A model generated the notes under the pieces. It was not told the DNA's origin. It searched no databases and saw nothing but the letters and a program-made list of their open reading frames with translations. Made by a program: the position numbers and the translations under genes. DNA of 29,572 bases from a virus (Duplodnaviria > Caudoviricetes): the IMG/VR virus record IMGVR_UViG_3300016665_000180, positions 1 through 29,572 of that record; one strand, given 5' to 3'. This document shows, one piece after another, positions 14,633 to 23,616 of the stretch (its first letter is position 1; every line of letters begins with the position of its first letter).

Positions 14633-16975
14633 ATGGCGCGACCCACCAACGAGCAACGGCTCGCAAACGTCCACCATAGTGCGTTGACGTTATTCGACAA
14701 CATCCAGTCCGCGCTGCGAGATGAGCGGCTGCAGTGTCTTCAGGATCGGCGGTTCTATTCCATTGCCGGCGCGCAGTGGGAGGGGCCGCTGGAGGCCCAG
14801 TACGAGAACAAGCCCAAGTTCGAGGTCAACAAGATCGCGCTGGCCGTTCAGCGCATCTTCTCCGAGTACCGCAACAACCGCATCACCGTCGATTTCGTAT
14901 CCAAGGAGGGTGCGGAGTATGACGAGTTGGCCGATATCTGCGACGGGCTGTACCGCGCGGATGAGCAGGACTCGGTGGCCGAGGAGGCCTACGATAACGC
15001 CTTTGAGGAGGCTGTCGGCGGCGGGTTCGGGGCCTGGCGTTTGCGCACGGTCTACGAGAACGAGGACGACGATGAGGACGAGCGCCAGCGCATCCGCATC
15101 GAGCCGATCTTCGACGCGGACAGCAGCGTGTTCTTCGATCTGAACGCCAAGCGCCAGGACAAGAGCGACGCCAAGCACTGTTTCGTCATCTACTCCATGA
15201 CGCGCGAAGCGTACATGGCCGAGTGGAACGACGACCCGGCATCCTGGCCCAAAGAGGTACACCAGTACGAGTTCGACTGGCTGACGCCTGACGTAGTGTT
15301 CGTGGCCGAATACTACGCTGTCGAAGAGGTCAAGGAGCGCGTGCGGGTCTACCGCACGCTTGACGGCGAGGAAGAACGGTATGCGCAGTCCGACTTCGAC
15401 GCCGACGAAACGCTGGAGGCCACGCTGTCGGCCACGGGAGCCACGCTCGTGCGCGAGAAGCGCGTGGAGCGCAAGCGCGTCCACAAGTACATCATGTCGG
15501 GCAACGGCATCTTGGAGGACATGGGGTACATCGCCGGCAAGTGCATTCCGATCATCCCGGTCTACGGCAAGCGCTGGTTTGTGGACAACGTGGAGCGGTG
15601 CTGCGGCCATGTTCGTCTCGCCAAGGACGCGCAGCGGCTGAAGAACATGCAGCTTTCCAAGCTCGCTGAGATCAGCGCGCTGTCGAGCATCAAAAAGCCG
15701 ATCTTCACGCCTGAGCAGGTCGCGGGCCATCAGGAGATGTGGTCCAAGGACAACCTTGTGAACTACCCCTACCTGCTGGTCAACCCGATCTCCGGGCCTG
15801 ATGGCACGATGCAGGCCGGCGGGCCGGTAGGTTACACCGAGCCGCCAGATGTGCCGCCTGCGATGGCGGCGTTGCTTGCGCTGACCGAGCAGGACATCCG
15901 CGACGTACTGGGCAACCAGGAGCAGGGTGACAAGATCGTCAGCAACATCTCGGGGTCTGCCGTTGAGATGGTCCAGCAGAGGCTGGACATGCAGTCGTTC
16001 ATCTACATGAGCAACATGGCGAAGGCTATCCGTCGCTGTGGTCAGGTGTGGCTGTCGATGGCACGCGAGGTGTATGTCGAGCCCAAGCGCAAGATGAAGA
16101 CGCTCGGTCCGCAAGACGAACTTGGCAGCGTTGAACTCATGCAGCCCACTATCGGCGAAAGCGGCGAGATTGAGTACAAGGGCGATCTGAGCGAGGCCGA
16201 GTTCGATGTGGCCGTTGACGTTGGCCCGTCGTTCCGCAGCCAACGCGCATCCATCGTGCGTTCACTGTCGAACGTGCTAGCCGTGACGCAGGACCCTGAG
16301 ACGCAGAAGGTGCTGCTGTCGGCCATCTTGATGAACATGGAAGGCGAGGGGCTGGCCGACGTGCGGGAATTCTCGCGCAAGCAGCTTGTGCAGATGGGTG
16401 TGGTCAAGCCGACCGAAGAGGAAGCCGCAGCAATGGCCGAGGCCGCGCAGCAGCCCGACCCGAACGCGCAACTGCTGGCGGCTGCGGCCGAGGAGGCCCA
16501 AGCCAAGGCGACCAAGGCCAAGGCCGATGCGGTCAAGACGATGGCCGAGGTGGACCTCACCCGGGCCAAAACGGTCGAGACGCTGGAGAACGTTGGGCAG
16601 GCCGGTCAGGGCGTCACGCAGCCACTCGCCCCGCCCGACGAAAAAACCGCGTTGGAGATCGAAGCCATGCGCCTCGAAAACGAGATGCGCCGTCGCAAGG
16701 TCGAGAGCACCGACACGCAGATCGAGCAGCTGCGCGCCGAGCGCCAGGCCAATGACAGCATGGTGCAGGCGAGCCAGGCCATGCAGGAGGCCGTCGCCGG
16801 TCTGGGGCAGAGCGTGGCCGTGATCGGGGACGCGGTGGGCAAGATGTCCGAAGCCGTGGGCCAGTTTGCCGAGACGAGCCGCGCCAACACCGACAAGGCC
16901 ATCGCGGCGATCAGCCGGCCGAAGCGAGTGGTGCGCGAAAAGGGCCGCATCGCCCGCATCGAGACTGAGGAGTAA
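14633..16975 (+). CDS. P22-like portal protein with a long C-terminal coiled-coil extension
   Basis: Follows terL; GAQWEG, KPKFEVNK, AFEEAVGGGFGAWRL, IPIIPVYGKR, SNISG, DVAVDVGPS; 780 aa from ATG 14633. Confidence 0.92.
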   Translation: MARPTNEQRLANVHHSALTLFDNIQSALRDERLQCLQDRRFYSIAGAQWEGPLEAQYENKPKFEVNKIALAVQRIFSEYRNNRITVDFVSKEGAEYDELADICDGLYRADEQDSVAEEAYDNAFEEAVGGGFGAWRLRTVYENEDDDEDERQRIRIEPIFDADSSVFFDLNAKRQDKSDAKHCFVIYSMTREAYMAEWNDDPASWPKEVHQYEFDWLTPDVVFVAEYYAVEEVKERVRVYRTLDGEEERYAQSDFDADETLEATLSATGATLVREKRVERKRVHKYIMSGNGILEDMGYIAGKCIPIIPVYGKRWFVDNVERCCGHVRLAKDAQRLKNMQLSKLAEISALSSIKKPIFTPEQVAGHQEMWSKDNLVNYPYLLVNPISGPDGTMQAGGPVGYTEPPDVPPAMAALLALTEQDIRDVLGNQEQGDKIVSNISGSAVEMVQQRLDMQSFIYMSNMAKAIRRCGQVWLSMAREVYVEPKRKMKTLGPQDELGSVELMQPTIGESGEIEYKGDLSEAEFDVAVDVGPSFRSQRASIVRSLSNVLAVTQDPETQKVLLSAILMNMEGEGLADVREFSRKQLVQMGVVKPTEEEAAAMAEAAQQPDPNAQLLAAAAEEAQAKATKAKADAVKTMAEVDLTRAKTVETLENVGQAGQGVTQPLAPPDEKTALEIEAMRLENEMRRRKVESTDTQIEQLRAERQANDSMVQASQAMQEAVAGLGQSVAVIGDAVGKMSEAVGQFAETSRANTDKAIAAISRPKRVVREKGRIARIETEE

Positions 16976-16978
16976 GCG

Positions 16979-17428
16979 ATGGCCGACAATGTAGGTTATA
17001 CCCCAGGCACGGGCGCGGTCGTCGCCGCCGACGAGATCGCGGGCGTCCTGCACCAGCGGGTGAAACTCGGGATTGGCGAGGACGGAACGGCGGTCGATGT
17101 GTCGGCGTCGAACCCGATGCCGGTGTCCGTTGTCGGCGTGTCGGAGGAAGACCCGCTGCCGGTCCATGACGAGGCGGCGCATCTGCTGCTGACGCGGCTG
17201 CTCCAGTATCTGAACTCTCCCCAAGGTTACGACAAGTCGCTGCAACGCGCGCGGGTGTCGGCGGTGCTGGAGTCTGGGACGGTCACGACGGTTTTGACCG
17301 TGACAACTGTCACGACGGTTTCGAGCGTCACGAACATCGCCGCCGTCGGTGGATACTCTGCGCAGATGCAGATCATGGACACCAACCGCACCGCATGGGC
17401 GCAATGCGTGCGCGCCCGGATCACCTGA
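16979..17428 (+). CDS. Hypothetical (probably virion) protein, insert gene 1
   Basis: GAGGAG RBS; MADNVGYTPGTGAVVAADEIAGVLHQRVKL...; V/T tripeptide repeats TVTTVLTVTTVTTVSSVTNI. Confidence 0.75.
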   Translation: MADNVGYTPGTGAVVAADEIAGVLHQRVKLGIGEDGTAVDVSASNPMPVSVVGVSEEDPLPVHDEAAHLLLTRLLQYLNSPQGYDKSLQRARVSAVLESGTVTTVLTVTTVTTVSSVTNIAAVGGYSAQMQIMDTNRTAWAQCVRARIT

Positions 17429-17437
17429 GGATCGCTC

Positions 17438-19069
17438 ATGGCCAACACCTTCAAAAAAGTCATCGACCGCCTGCTGTGGGCACAGGTCGCTCCGCTGCCC
17501 AACGCGCACGCGGCGGCCGCGTGTGTGGCGTCCGATCTGCGCTCAGACATCTCGCGCAACCCGTTCGTGTATCAACTGGTGAGCGCGGCGATCCTCAACC
17601 GATTCAACATCGTCACGAAGGCGTCGGCGTTCACGCTCAACCCGGCGCTCGCTGGCACGTTCGGCGCAGGCGCGGCGATGGCCTTCGCGCCATCCTTCGG
17701 GCTCGTCGGAACCATCGCGGCCGGCGCGACGACGACGCGCGTCGTGCTGTCCACCGCGCTGCCGACGGCGGTGGGTCTGAATATGCTCGCCAACCGGGGC
17801 GGCTCCGGTGAGTATGGCTTCAAGCTGCGCATCATCGACAACGGCGCAGGCGGCTCTGGCAAGACCGCCGAGCGATACATCACCGGCAACACGGCCGGCA
17901 CGACGCCGACGATTGATGTGCTGTCATCGTTCGGCTTTACGCCTGTCAGCGGCTCGCGTTACGAGATCGTGGCGGGCCGAGTGTTCATGCTCGGCGCAGG
18001 CACGACGGCCGCGAACATCTGGCGCTCCTTCGAGGTCGCCAGCAACACGCTGTCCACGGGCCTGAGCACGACCGGCCTGCCGGCCACCATCGGCACGGAT
18101 TCGAGCCTCATGGTGCTGGACGAGCAGTACACCCCCTACGACTGCTCCCCCGGCGACGGGATGATCAAGGGGGCCTACAACTACGACACGGGCGTGGTGT
18201 CGCGCTATGCCCTGACAGCGACGGCGGCAGGCGCGTCGAGCCTGACTGGGCAGGCGACGCTGGGCGATGCGGTGGTGGCGGCGAACGAGTACCGCAACTT
18301 CCAGATTCGCATCGTTGAGGACACGGTAAACGTCACAGCGGTCGGTCAGCGGCGCATCATCGCCTCGCACACTGCCGGCCCGAGCCCGGTCTACACGCTC
18401 GGCACGGCCTGGACGGTGACGCCGAGCAGCAGCGCGAAGTTCGTGATCGAACTGCCCAATCTGGCCCTGCTGCGATCCTCGGCCACGACCACGATCTACA
18501 CCTACAACTACACCGACGCCACGATCAACAACGGCACGAACAGCATCGCCGCGAATGCGTGGAGCACGACCTACTTTGGTGCTGCGTCTGCAAATAACGG
18601 TGCTGGTGGTATGTGGGCTCCGTCGTGGGGTATTCAGCCTGACGCAGCGCGCAATGCACGGCAATCGTTCTGCTACTTCTTCGTGGGAGGCGGCACGGCA
18701 ACGCTGTCCGTTTTCGACATTGCAGGCGGCACGACGGGCGCATGGAGTAACGTGATCACCTACGACGGCTCTCCCGGCGCTTTGCCGGCCACGGGATCGG
18801 GTGGCTGCTACAGCCCTTTCGAGAACGAGGGCAGGATGTTCTACATGAACCTCTACGTCGCCAGCGCCGTGAACCAGATTTACCGCTTTGACGTGCAAAA
18901 CCGAGTGCTGTCTCCGTTTACGCCTACCGATTTCGTGCAAGCAGGTACGGCGGCACTCGGAAACCGTGTGGCTTGCTACGCCGCGCTGGACGGCAACGAC
19001 ACATACGATGTCGTGTTCTTGAACGCGCATCTTTCAACGGTCGCACAGGAACTGGTGGTGCTGGTATGA
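17438..19069 (+). CDS. Large beta-rich Gly/Thr/Ala protein (543 aa), possible beta-propeller/adhesin, insert gene 2
   Basis: GAGG RBS; kelch-like segments (e.g. FFVGGGTATLSVFDIAGGTTGAWS); two similar internal segments (FKLRIID...RYITGNTAG and FQIRIVE...RIIASHTAG). Confidence 0.75.
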   Translation: MANTFKKVIDRLLWAQVAPLPNAHAAAACVASDLRSDISRNPFVYQLVSAAILNRFNIVTKASAFTLNPALAGTFGAGAAMAFAPSFGLVGTIAAGATTTRVVLSTALPTAVGLNMLANRGGSGEYGFKLRIIDNGAGGSGKTAERYITGNTAGTTPTIDVLSSFGFTPVSGSRYEIVAGRVFMLGAGTTAANIWRSFEVASNTLSTGLSTTGLPATIGTDSSLMVLDEQYTPYDCSPGDGMIKGAYNYDTGVVSRYALTATAAGASSLTGQATLGDAVVAANEYRNFQIRIVEDTVNVTAVGQRRIIASHTAGPSPVYTLGTAWTVTPSSSAKFVIELPNLALLRSSATTTIYTYNYTDATINNGTNSIAANAWSTTYFGAASANNGAGGMWAPSWGIQPDAARNARQSFCYFFVGGGTATLSVFDIAGGTTGAWSNVITYDGSPGALPATGSGGCYSPFENEGRMFYMNLYVASAVNQIYRFDVQNRVLSPFTPTDFVQAGTAALGNRVACYAALDGNDTYDVVFLNAHLSTVAQELVVLV

Positions 19070-19227
19070 GCGTCGAAGACCTGATCCGGTTGATGGAGGC
19101 GCGGCTCGCGGCGCTGAACTCTGCTCGCGCATCTGCCGCCCAGGTGGGCGATCTCAACGAGGTCACGCGCCTGGACGCCGACATTGCCACCACGCAGATC
19201 ACGCTCGACCAACTGCGCACGCTGTAA
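19066..19227 (+). CDS. Small helical-hairpin protein (53 aa), insert gene 3
   Basis: ATGA overlap with the previous gene; MSVEDLIRLMEARLAALNSARASAAQVGDLNEVTRLDADIATTQITLDQLRTL. Confidence 0.7.
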   Translation: MSVEDLIRLMEARLAALNSARASAAQVGDLNEVTRLDADIATTQITLDQLRTL

Positions 19228-19230
19228 GCC

Positions 19231-19710
19231 GTGCTGCTGACGCTGCTTCAGTCGCGCGGCGGGCCAGTACCGCCGCCCCCGCCGCCGCCCTCTGGTGGAG
19301 GGTCTGGAACCGCCGCTGGCCAACGCAAGCAGGGCTGGACCCGCGAGCGGGCCATGCTGGAGGCGAGTCTTGCGCGCTTTGAGCAGGAGAGTCTGGGTCG
19401 CATCGCCCGCACGATGGCCGAGTCGGAGCGGCCGCAGGCCAGGCGCATCGCCCGAAAGCTCGTGGATTACACGGGCGAGATGGAGCAAATCCGCAGCCTA
19501 CAGCGAGAGATCGCCAAGCTCCAGTCCGCACAGGCCGAGCGCATCGCAGACACGCAGGCCAGGGCCGAACAGGAGCGCGAACTGCGCGCGGCCGCCGACG
19601 AGCTGCGCTCGCTGCTGCTGGATGAGGAAGACACCCTGCAGGCGCTTATGGCGTTGGAGGACATGGAGGCGCGGCACCTGCTTGGGGTGCTGGGCATCTC
19701 GGTGCATTGA
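19231..19710 (+). CDS. Coiled-coil protein with poly-Pro/Gly N-terminal linker, insert gene 4
   Basis: GTG 3 nt after the previous stop; MLLTLLQSRGGPVPPPPPPPSGGGSG...DEEDTLQALMAL. Confidence 0.7.
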   Translation: MLLTLLQSRGGPVPPPPPPPSGGGSGTAAGQRKQGWTRERAMLEASLARFEQESLGRIARTMAESERPQARRIARKLVDYTGEMEQIRSLQREIAKLQSAQAERIADTQARAEQERELRAAADELRSLLLDEEDTLQALMALEDMEARHLLGVLGISVH

Positions 19711-19776
19711 CACGGGACGGCGCGCCCCGCCCGCGCGCCAGGGTGACCGCCGACCCTGACAGGCGAGAGGGAAAGC

Positions 19777-20634
19777 ATGAGCACCGAAACCATCGAAGAG
19801 CAGCCCATCGCAGTCGAGGACGACGCCGGCGCCGGCGCGCCCGAGATGCCCGAGACGCCGGACGCGCCGGTTGAAGAGGGAGCGCCGGCAGAAGATGAAA
19901 TCGTCGTCCAGATCGGCGACGACGCGCCGCCGCCCGAAGAGGAAGAGCAGCGCGCCCCGGATTGGGTACGCGACCTGCGCAAGAGCCACCGCGAACTCGC
20001 CAAGCGCAACCGGGAACTTGAGGAGCAGGTCCGCGCCCAGCAGCCGGTGCAGGCCGCGCCGGCACTCGGCACGAAGCCGACCCTTGAGGGCTGCGACTAC
20101 GACGCCGACAAGTTCGAGACGGAACTGGCCGCCTGGTTCGACCGCAAGCGCAAGGCCGACGCCGAGCAGCAGCGCATCCAGCAGGAGCAGGAGCAGCAGC
20201 AACGCTCCTGGCAGGAGAAACTGAGCGGTTACGCGAAGGCCAAGTCCGAACTCAAGGTCAAGGACTACGACGACGCCGAGGCGCTGGTGCAGGAAACCAT
20301 GAACGTCACCCAGCAGGGCATCCTGCTGCAAGGGCTGGACAACCCCGCGCTCGTGGTCTACGCGCTGGGTAAGAACCCCAAGCGCGCCAAGGAACTCGCG
20401 TCGATCACCGATCCTGTCCGGTTCGCAGCAGCGGCCGGCAAACTGGAGGCAGCATTGAAAGTCACCAACCGCAAGCCCTCGGCCGCACCCGAGCGCGTGG
20501 TCAGCAACAACACCGCGCCCGTCAGTGGATCGGTGGACAGCAACCTGGATCGCCTGCGGGCCGAGGCCGAGCGCACGGGCGACTACACGAAGGTGATGGC
20601 TTACAAACGACAGGTCGCGGCGAAACGCAAGTAG
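19777..20634 (+). CDS. Capsid scaffolding protein
   Basis: Acidic disordered N-terminus, KPTLEGCDYD, coiled coils and a basic C-terminal tail (AERTGDYTKVMAYKRQ); directly before the coat gene. Confidence 0.85.
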   Translation: MSTETIEEQPIAVEDDAGAGAPEMPETPDAPVEEGAPAEDEIVVQIGDDAPPPEEEEQRAPDWVRDLRKSHRELAKRNRELEEQVRAQQPVQAAPALGTKPTLEGCDYDADKFETELAAWFDRKRKADAEQQRIQQEQEQQQRSWQEKLSGYAKAKSELKVKDYDDAEALVQETMNVTQQGILLQGLDNPALVVYALGKNPKRAKELASITDPVRFAAAAGKLEAALKVTNRKPSAAPERVVSNNTAPVSGSVDSNLDRLRAEAERTGDYTKVMAYKRQVAAKRK

Positions 20635-20637
20635 GGA

Positions 20638-20672
20638 TTGCACGGGGCCGAATTTGTGGTACATTCGGCCCC
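20638..20672 (+). promoter_or_regulatory. Promoter of the coat gene overlapped by a 10-bp inverted repeat
   Basis: TTGCAC, 16 nt, TGn-TACATT (20660-20665); inverted repeat GGGGCCGAAT (20644-20653) / ATTCGGCCCC (20663-20672). Confidence 0.6.
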
Positions 20673-20790
20673 AACTGGATTCGCCCACCTCACGGGCAGG
20701 CGCAGAACACGAGCGGCCGACCGGCTCTGACGGGTTGAGTAAGCAGGCGCGGGACACCCGCAATCGTTCACTCATCCGTCAGGAGCCATC

Positions 20791-22068
20791 ATGGCAAACA
20801 ACAGTTTTTCCAAGGAAGAGCGCGTTGCGTTCGAAGACCTCCTTGAGGGCTTCAACGACGCCCTCGTGCTGTCGCGCAACGTCTCCGTCTACCGCACCGA
20901 CGGCACGACGATGGAGCGCACCAACAACGTCATCTGGCGTCCGCAGCCGTACATCGCCCAATCGTTCTCGGGCATGGACCAGACGCTGAACTTCACCGCC
21001 TCCACGCAGCTCGCCGTGCCGGCAACGCTCGGCTTCCAGCGTTCGGTCCCCTGGATCATGGACGCAATGGAACTGCGAGACGCGCTGCAAGAAGGCCGTC
21101 TTGGCGATGCCGCGAAGCAGAAGCTCGCCTCCGACATCAACCTGGCCGTGATGAACGTGGCTGCTGGCCTGGGGTCGCTTGTGGTCCGCACGACCGGCGC
21201 GGCCGGCTCCTATGACGATGTTGCCGCGTGCGACACGATCATGAACGAGCAGGGTGTGCAGCAGTTCGACCGATATCTGGCGCTGTCGAGCCGCGACTAC
21301 AACGGCATGGCCGGCAATCTTGCCGTCGCCACCCGTTCGTTCGGCAACGGCATCAGCGACGAAGCCTATCGTCGCGGATTCGTGGGCAACGTGGCCGGGT
21401 TCATGACCTACAAGTTCGATTACGCCAACCGCATCCGTGCGGCGGCCGGTTCGGACCCGACCATCGACACGCAAGCCGCTGCTGCGAACTACTGGGTTCC
21501 GGTGGCGACCAGCGTGGCCGCGACGGGCGAATCGGCCAACGTCGACAACCGCTTCCAGACGATCACGCACTCGTCGGTGACGACCGAGCTGGCCGTGGGC
21601 GATGCGATCACGATCTCGGGTGTGAACGCGGTGCATCACATCACCAAGGCCGACACGGGCGAGCTCAAGACGTTCCGCATCGTCCAGCGCCTGACCGCCA
21701 CGACCTCGGTGATCACCCCGCCGATCATCAGCAACCAAGGCGGCAGCGATGCCGAGGCGCAGTACCAGAACTGCGTCGTGACCCCGAACGCTGCTGCCAC
21801 CATCGACCGCCTGAACGTGGACGCTGCGCCGATCAACTGCTTCTGGCAGAAGGACGCGCTGGAGCTGCTGCCGGGCCGCTACGCTGTGCCCAGCGATGCG
21901 GGCGTCGCCGTCATGCGCGCCACGACCGACCAGGGCATCGAACTCGTGATGCAGAAGCAGTACGACGTCAACACCATGAAGACGAAGTACCGCCTCGACA
22001 CGCTCTTCGGCGTGGTCAACAAGCAGCCCGAGATGAGCGGCATCCTGCTGTTCGGTCAGACCCCCTGA
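20791..22068 (+). CDS. Major capsid protein, P22 gp5 coat family
   Basis: 425 aa; MANNSFSKEERVAFE, IWRPQPYIA, AAKQKLASDIN, KYRLDTLFGV...PEMSGI; AGGAG RBS; follows the scaffold. Confidence 0.93.
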   Translation: MANNSFSKEERVAFEDLLEGFNDALVLSRNVSVYRTDGTTMERTNNVIWRPQPYIAQSFSGMDQTLNFTASTQLAVPATLGFQRSVPWIMDAMELRDALQEGRLGDAAKQKLASDINLAVMNVAAGLGSLVVRTTGAAGSYDDVAACDTIMNEQGVQQFDRYLALSSRDYNGMAGNLAVATRSFGNGISDEAYRRGFVGNVAGFMTYKFDYANRIRAAAGSDPTIDTQAAAANYWVPVATSVAATGESANVDNRFQTITHSSVTTELAVGDAITISGVNAVHHITKADTGELKTFRIVQRLTATTSVITPPIISNQGGSDAEAQYQNCVVTPNAAATIDRLNVDAAPINCFWQKDALELLPGRYAVPSDAGVAVMRATTDQGIELVMQKQYDVNTMKTKYRLDTLFGVVNKQPEMSGILLFGQTP

Positions 22069-22075
22069 TGACGCT

Positions 22076-22102
22076 GCGGGCCGGGTAACACCGGCCCGCG
22101 TT
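22076..22102 (+). terminator. GC hairpin after the coat gene (weak terminator or mRNA stabiliser)
   Basis: GCGGGCCGG-GTAACA-CCGGCCCGC with only a short T tail. Confidence 0.5.
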
Positions 22103-22130
22103 GCGCAAGCACATCGAAAGGAAACAGGCC

Positions 22131-22739
22131 ATGTCCTACTCCACCATCGCGCCGCAAGGCACCGCCGTCCTCACGCTGACCGCAGGCCAGAAGATCGCCC
22201 TGCAAACGCAAGGCGAAGCGAACGTCTTTCAGCAAGTCGGGTTCCCCAACTACCCGACCCAGGAAGACCTGATCCAGGCCGTCGTCAACACGACCTACAC
22301 CTCGGCCGCGTTCGCAAGCGGCGCAACGCTCGTGGTCAACGCCGGTGCCTTCCCGGTTTTCTACGACATCGGCACCGACCCCGTGGTGGGCTCCGATGGC
22401 AACTGGCAGCGCCAGGGCGATCCGACCGCCCTGAACGCTACCGGCAACCTGACCGTGGCGATGATCATGTCGGGCATCGTGACCAGCACGACCGCTGCGG
22501 CCGTGACTGCCACGCCTCCGACCGGCACGCTGATCGACGGCGCAACGCAGTTCGCCATCGGCGACTCGTTCGACTTCTCGGTGATCAACACGGGCGGTGC
22601 CAACGCCTTCACGATCTCCGTCGGTGGCGGTGTGGCCGGCATCACGCTGCTGGGCAACATGGCCGTTGCCGCGTCCAGTTCGGGCCGGTTCCGCGTGCGC
22701 AAGACGGCCGCTGCGACCTACACCATCTACCGCCTCTGA
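22131..22739 (+). CDS. Putative capsid decoration/accessory virion protein (202 aa)
   Basis: ATG 22131 after GAAAGGA; Thr/Ala/Gly-rich beta protein directly after the coat gene. Confidence 0.65.
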   Translation: MSYSTIAPQGTAVLTLTAGQKIALQTQGEANVFQQVGFPNYPTQEDLIQAVVNTTYTSAAFASGATLVVNAGAFPVFYDIGTDPVVGSDGNWQRQGDPTALNATGNLTVAMIMSGIVTSTTAAAVTATPPTGTLIDGATQFAIGDSFDFSVINTGGANAFTISVGGGVAGITLLGNMAVAASSSGRFRVRKTAAATYTIYRL

Positions 22740-22761
22740 TCGCAGTAAGCTGGGTATGACG

Positions 22762-22806
22762 CGCGGGCGGTTAGGGTTGGGAGTTCCCGGCCGCCGCCCG
22801 CGTTTT
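22762..22806 (+). terminator. Intrinsic terminator
   Basis: CGCGGGCGG...CCGCCCGCG followed by TTTT. Confidence 0.65.
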
Positions 22807-22825
22807 CACATCTGAGGAGCACACC

Positions 22826-23005
22826 GTGCCGCTGAAGAAGGGCTACTCGCAGAAGTCGATTTCCTCGAACATCTCGCGCGAGATGAAGAAGGGGATGCCG
22901 CAGAAGCAGGCCGTTGCCGTGGCGCTGTCCACCGCGCGTACCGCTGCGGCGAAGGCAGGCAAGCCGAGCAAGGGTCCGGGGCCGGCACCGAAGGGGCGCA
23001 AGTGA
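22826..23005 (+). CDS. Small highly basic protein (59 aa)
   Basis: Missed by the ORF track. GAGGAG RBS and GTG start; MPLKKGYSQKSISSNISREMKKGMPQKQAVAVALSTARTAAAKAGKPSKGPGPAPKGRK. Confidence 0.8.
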   Translation: MPLKKGYSQKSISSNISREMKKGMPQKQAVAVALSTARTAAAKAGKPSKGPGPAPKGRK

Positions 23006-23157
23006 AGGCGAAGCCCCCCGGCCTGTACGCCAACATCGCTGCCAAGCGCGAGCGCATCAAGGCCGGCAGCGGTGAGAAGATGCGCAAGCCTGGCGCAGCC
23101 GGCGCGCCGACCGCCAAGGCATTCCGCGAGTCGGCCAAGACCGCCAAGAAACGCTAA
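23002..23157 (+). CDS. Small highly basic protein (51 aa)
   Basis: Missed by the ORF track. GTGA coupling; MKAKPPGLYANIAAKRERIKAGSGEKMRKPGAAGAPTAKAFRESAKTAKKR. Confidence 0.8.
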   Translation: MKAKPPGLYANIAAKRERIKAGSGEKMRKPGAAGAPTAKAFRESAKTAKKR

Positions 23158-23163
23158 ACCTCC

Positions 23164-23607
23164 ATGCCTGCATTCCCTACCCTCGTCTACCGTGCGCCGG
23201 GCTCGTCGCAGCACTCGTCGGGCGGGCGCTACCGCTATCGGGGCGCCGAAGACCAGGCCGAATACGACGCGCTGCTGGCCGATGGCTGGCACGCGACGAT
23301 CCTGGAGGCTGTGGTGGCTGCGGGCGACCGCGCCTTCGTTCACAACCGCAAGCCGGCCGGGCTGTTGGCAAAGGCTCGGGCCAAGCTAGCCGCGCAGGCT
23401 CCGGCGGTCGAGGCCGTTGTGGGTGAGGTGGTAGAGCAGCTTGACGACAACGCGCCGCCGACCCGCGTGGAGATGGAAGACAAAGCCCGCGAGCTGGGCA
23501 TCAAGTTCGACGGGCGCACCTCGGATGCGCGATTGCTGGCGAAGATTGGAGAGGCGCTGCGTACCGCTGCGCCTGCCGTCGCGCCGCCTGACGACTACCC
23601 GATCTAA
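23164..23607 (+). CDS. Hypothetical protein with C-terminal HeH/LEM-like helical motif
   Basis: PTRVEMEDKARELGIKFDGRTSDARLLAKI; occupies the slot between the coat and gp4-like genes. Confidence 0.7.
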   Translation: MPAFPTLVYRAPGSSQHSSGGRYRYRGAEDQAEYDALLADGWHATILEAVVAAGDRAFVHNRKPAGLLAKARAKLAAQAPAVEAVVGEVVEQLDDNAPPTRVEMEDKARELGIKFDGRTSDARLLAKIGEALRTAAPAVAPPDDYPI

Positions 23608-23616
23608 GGGGGTGAC

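Noticed and set aside
19707-19712. Perfect TTGACA upstream of the scaffold gene
   Set aside because: No -10-like hexamer lies 16-18 nt downstream (GC-only sequence).
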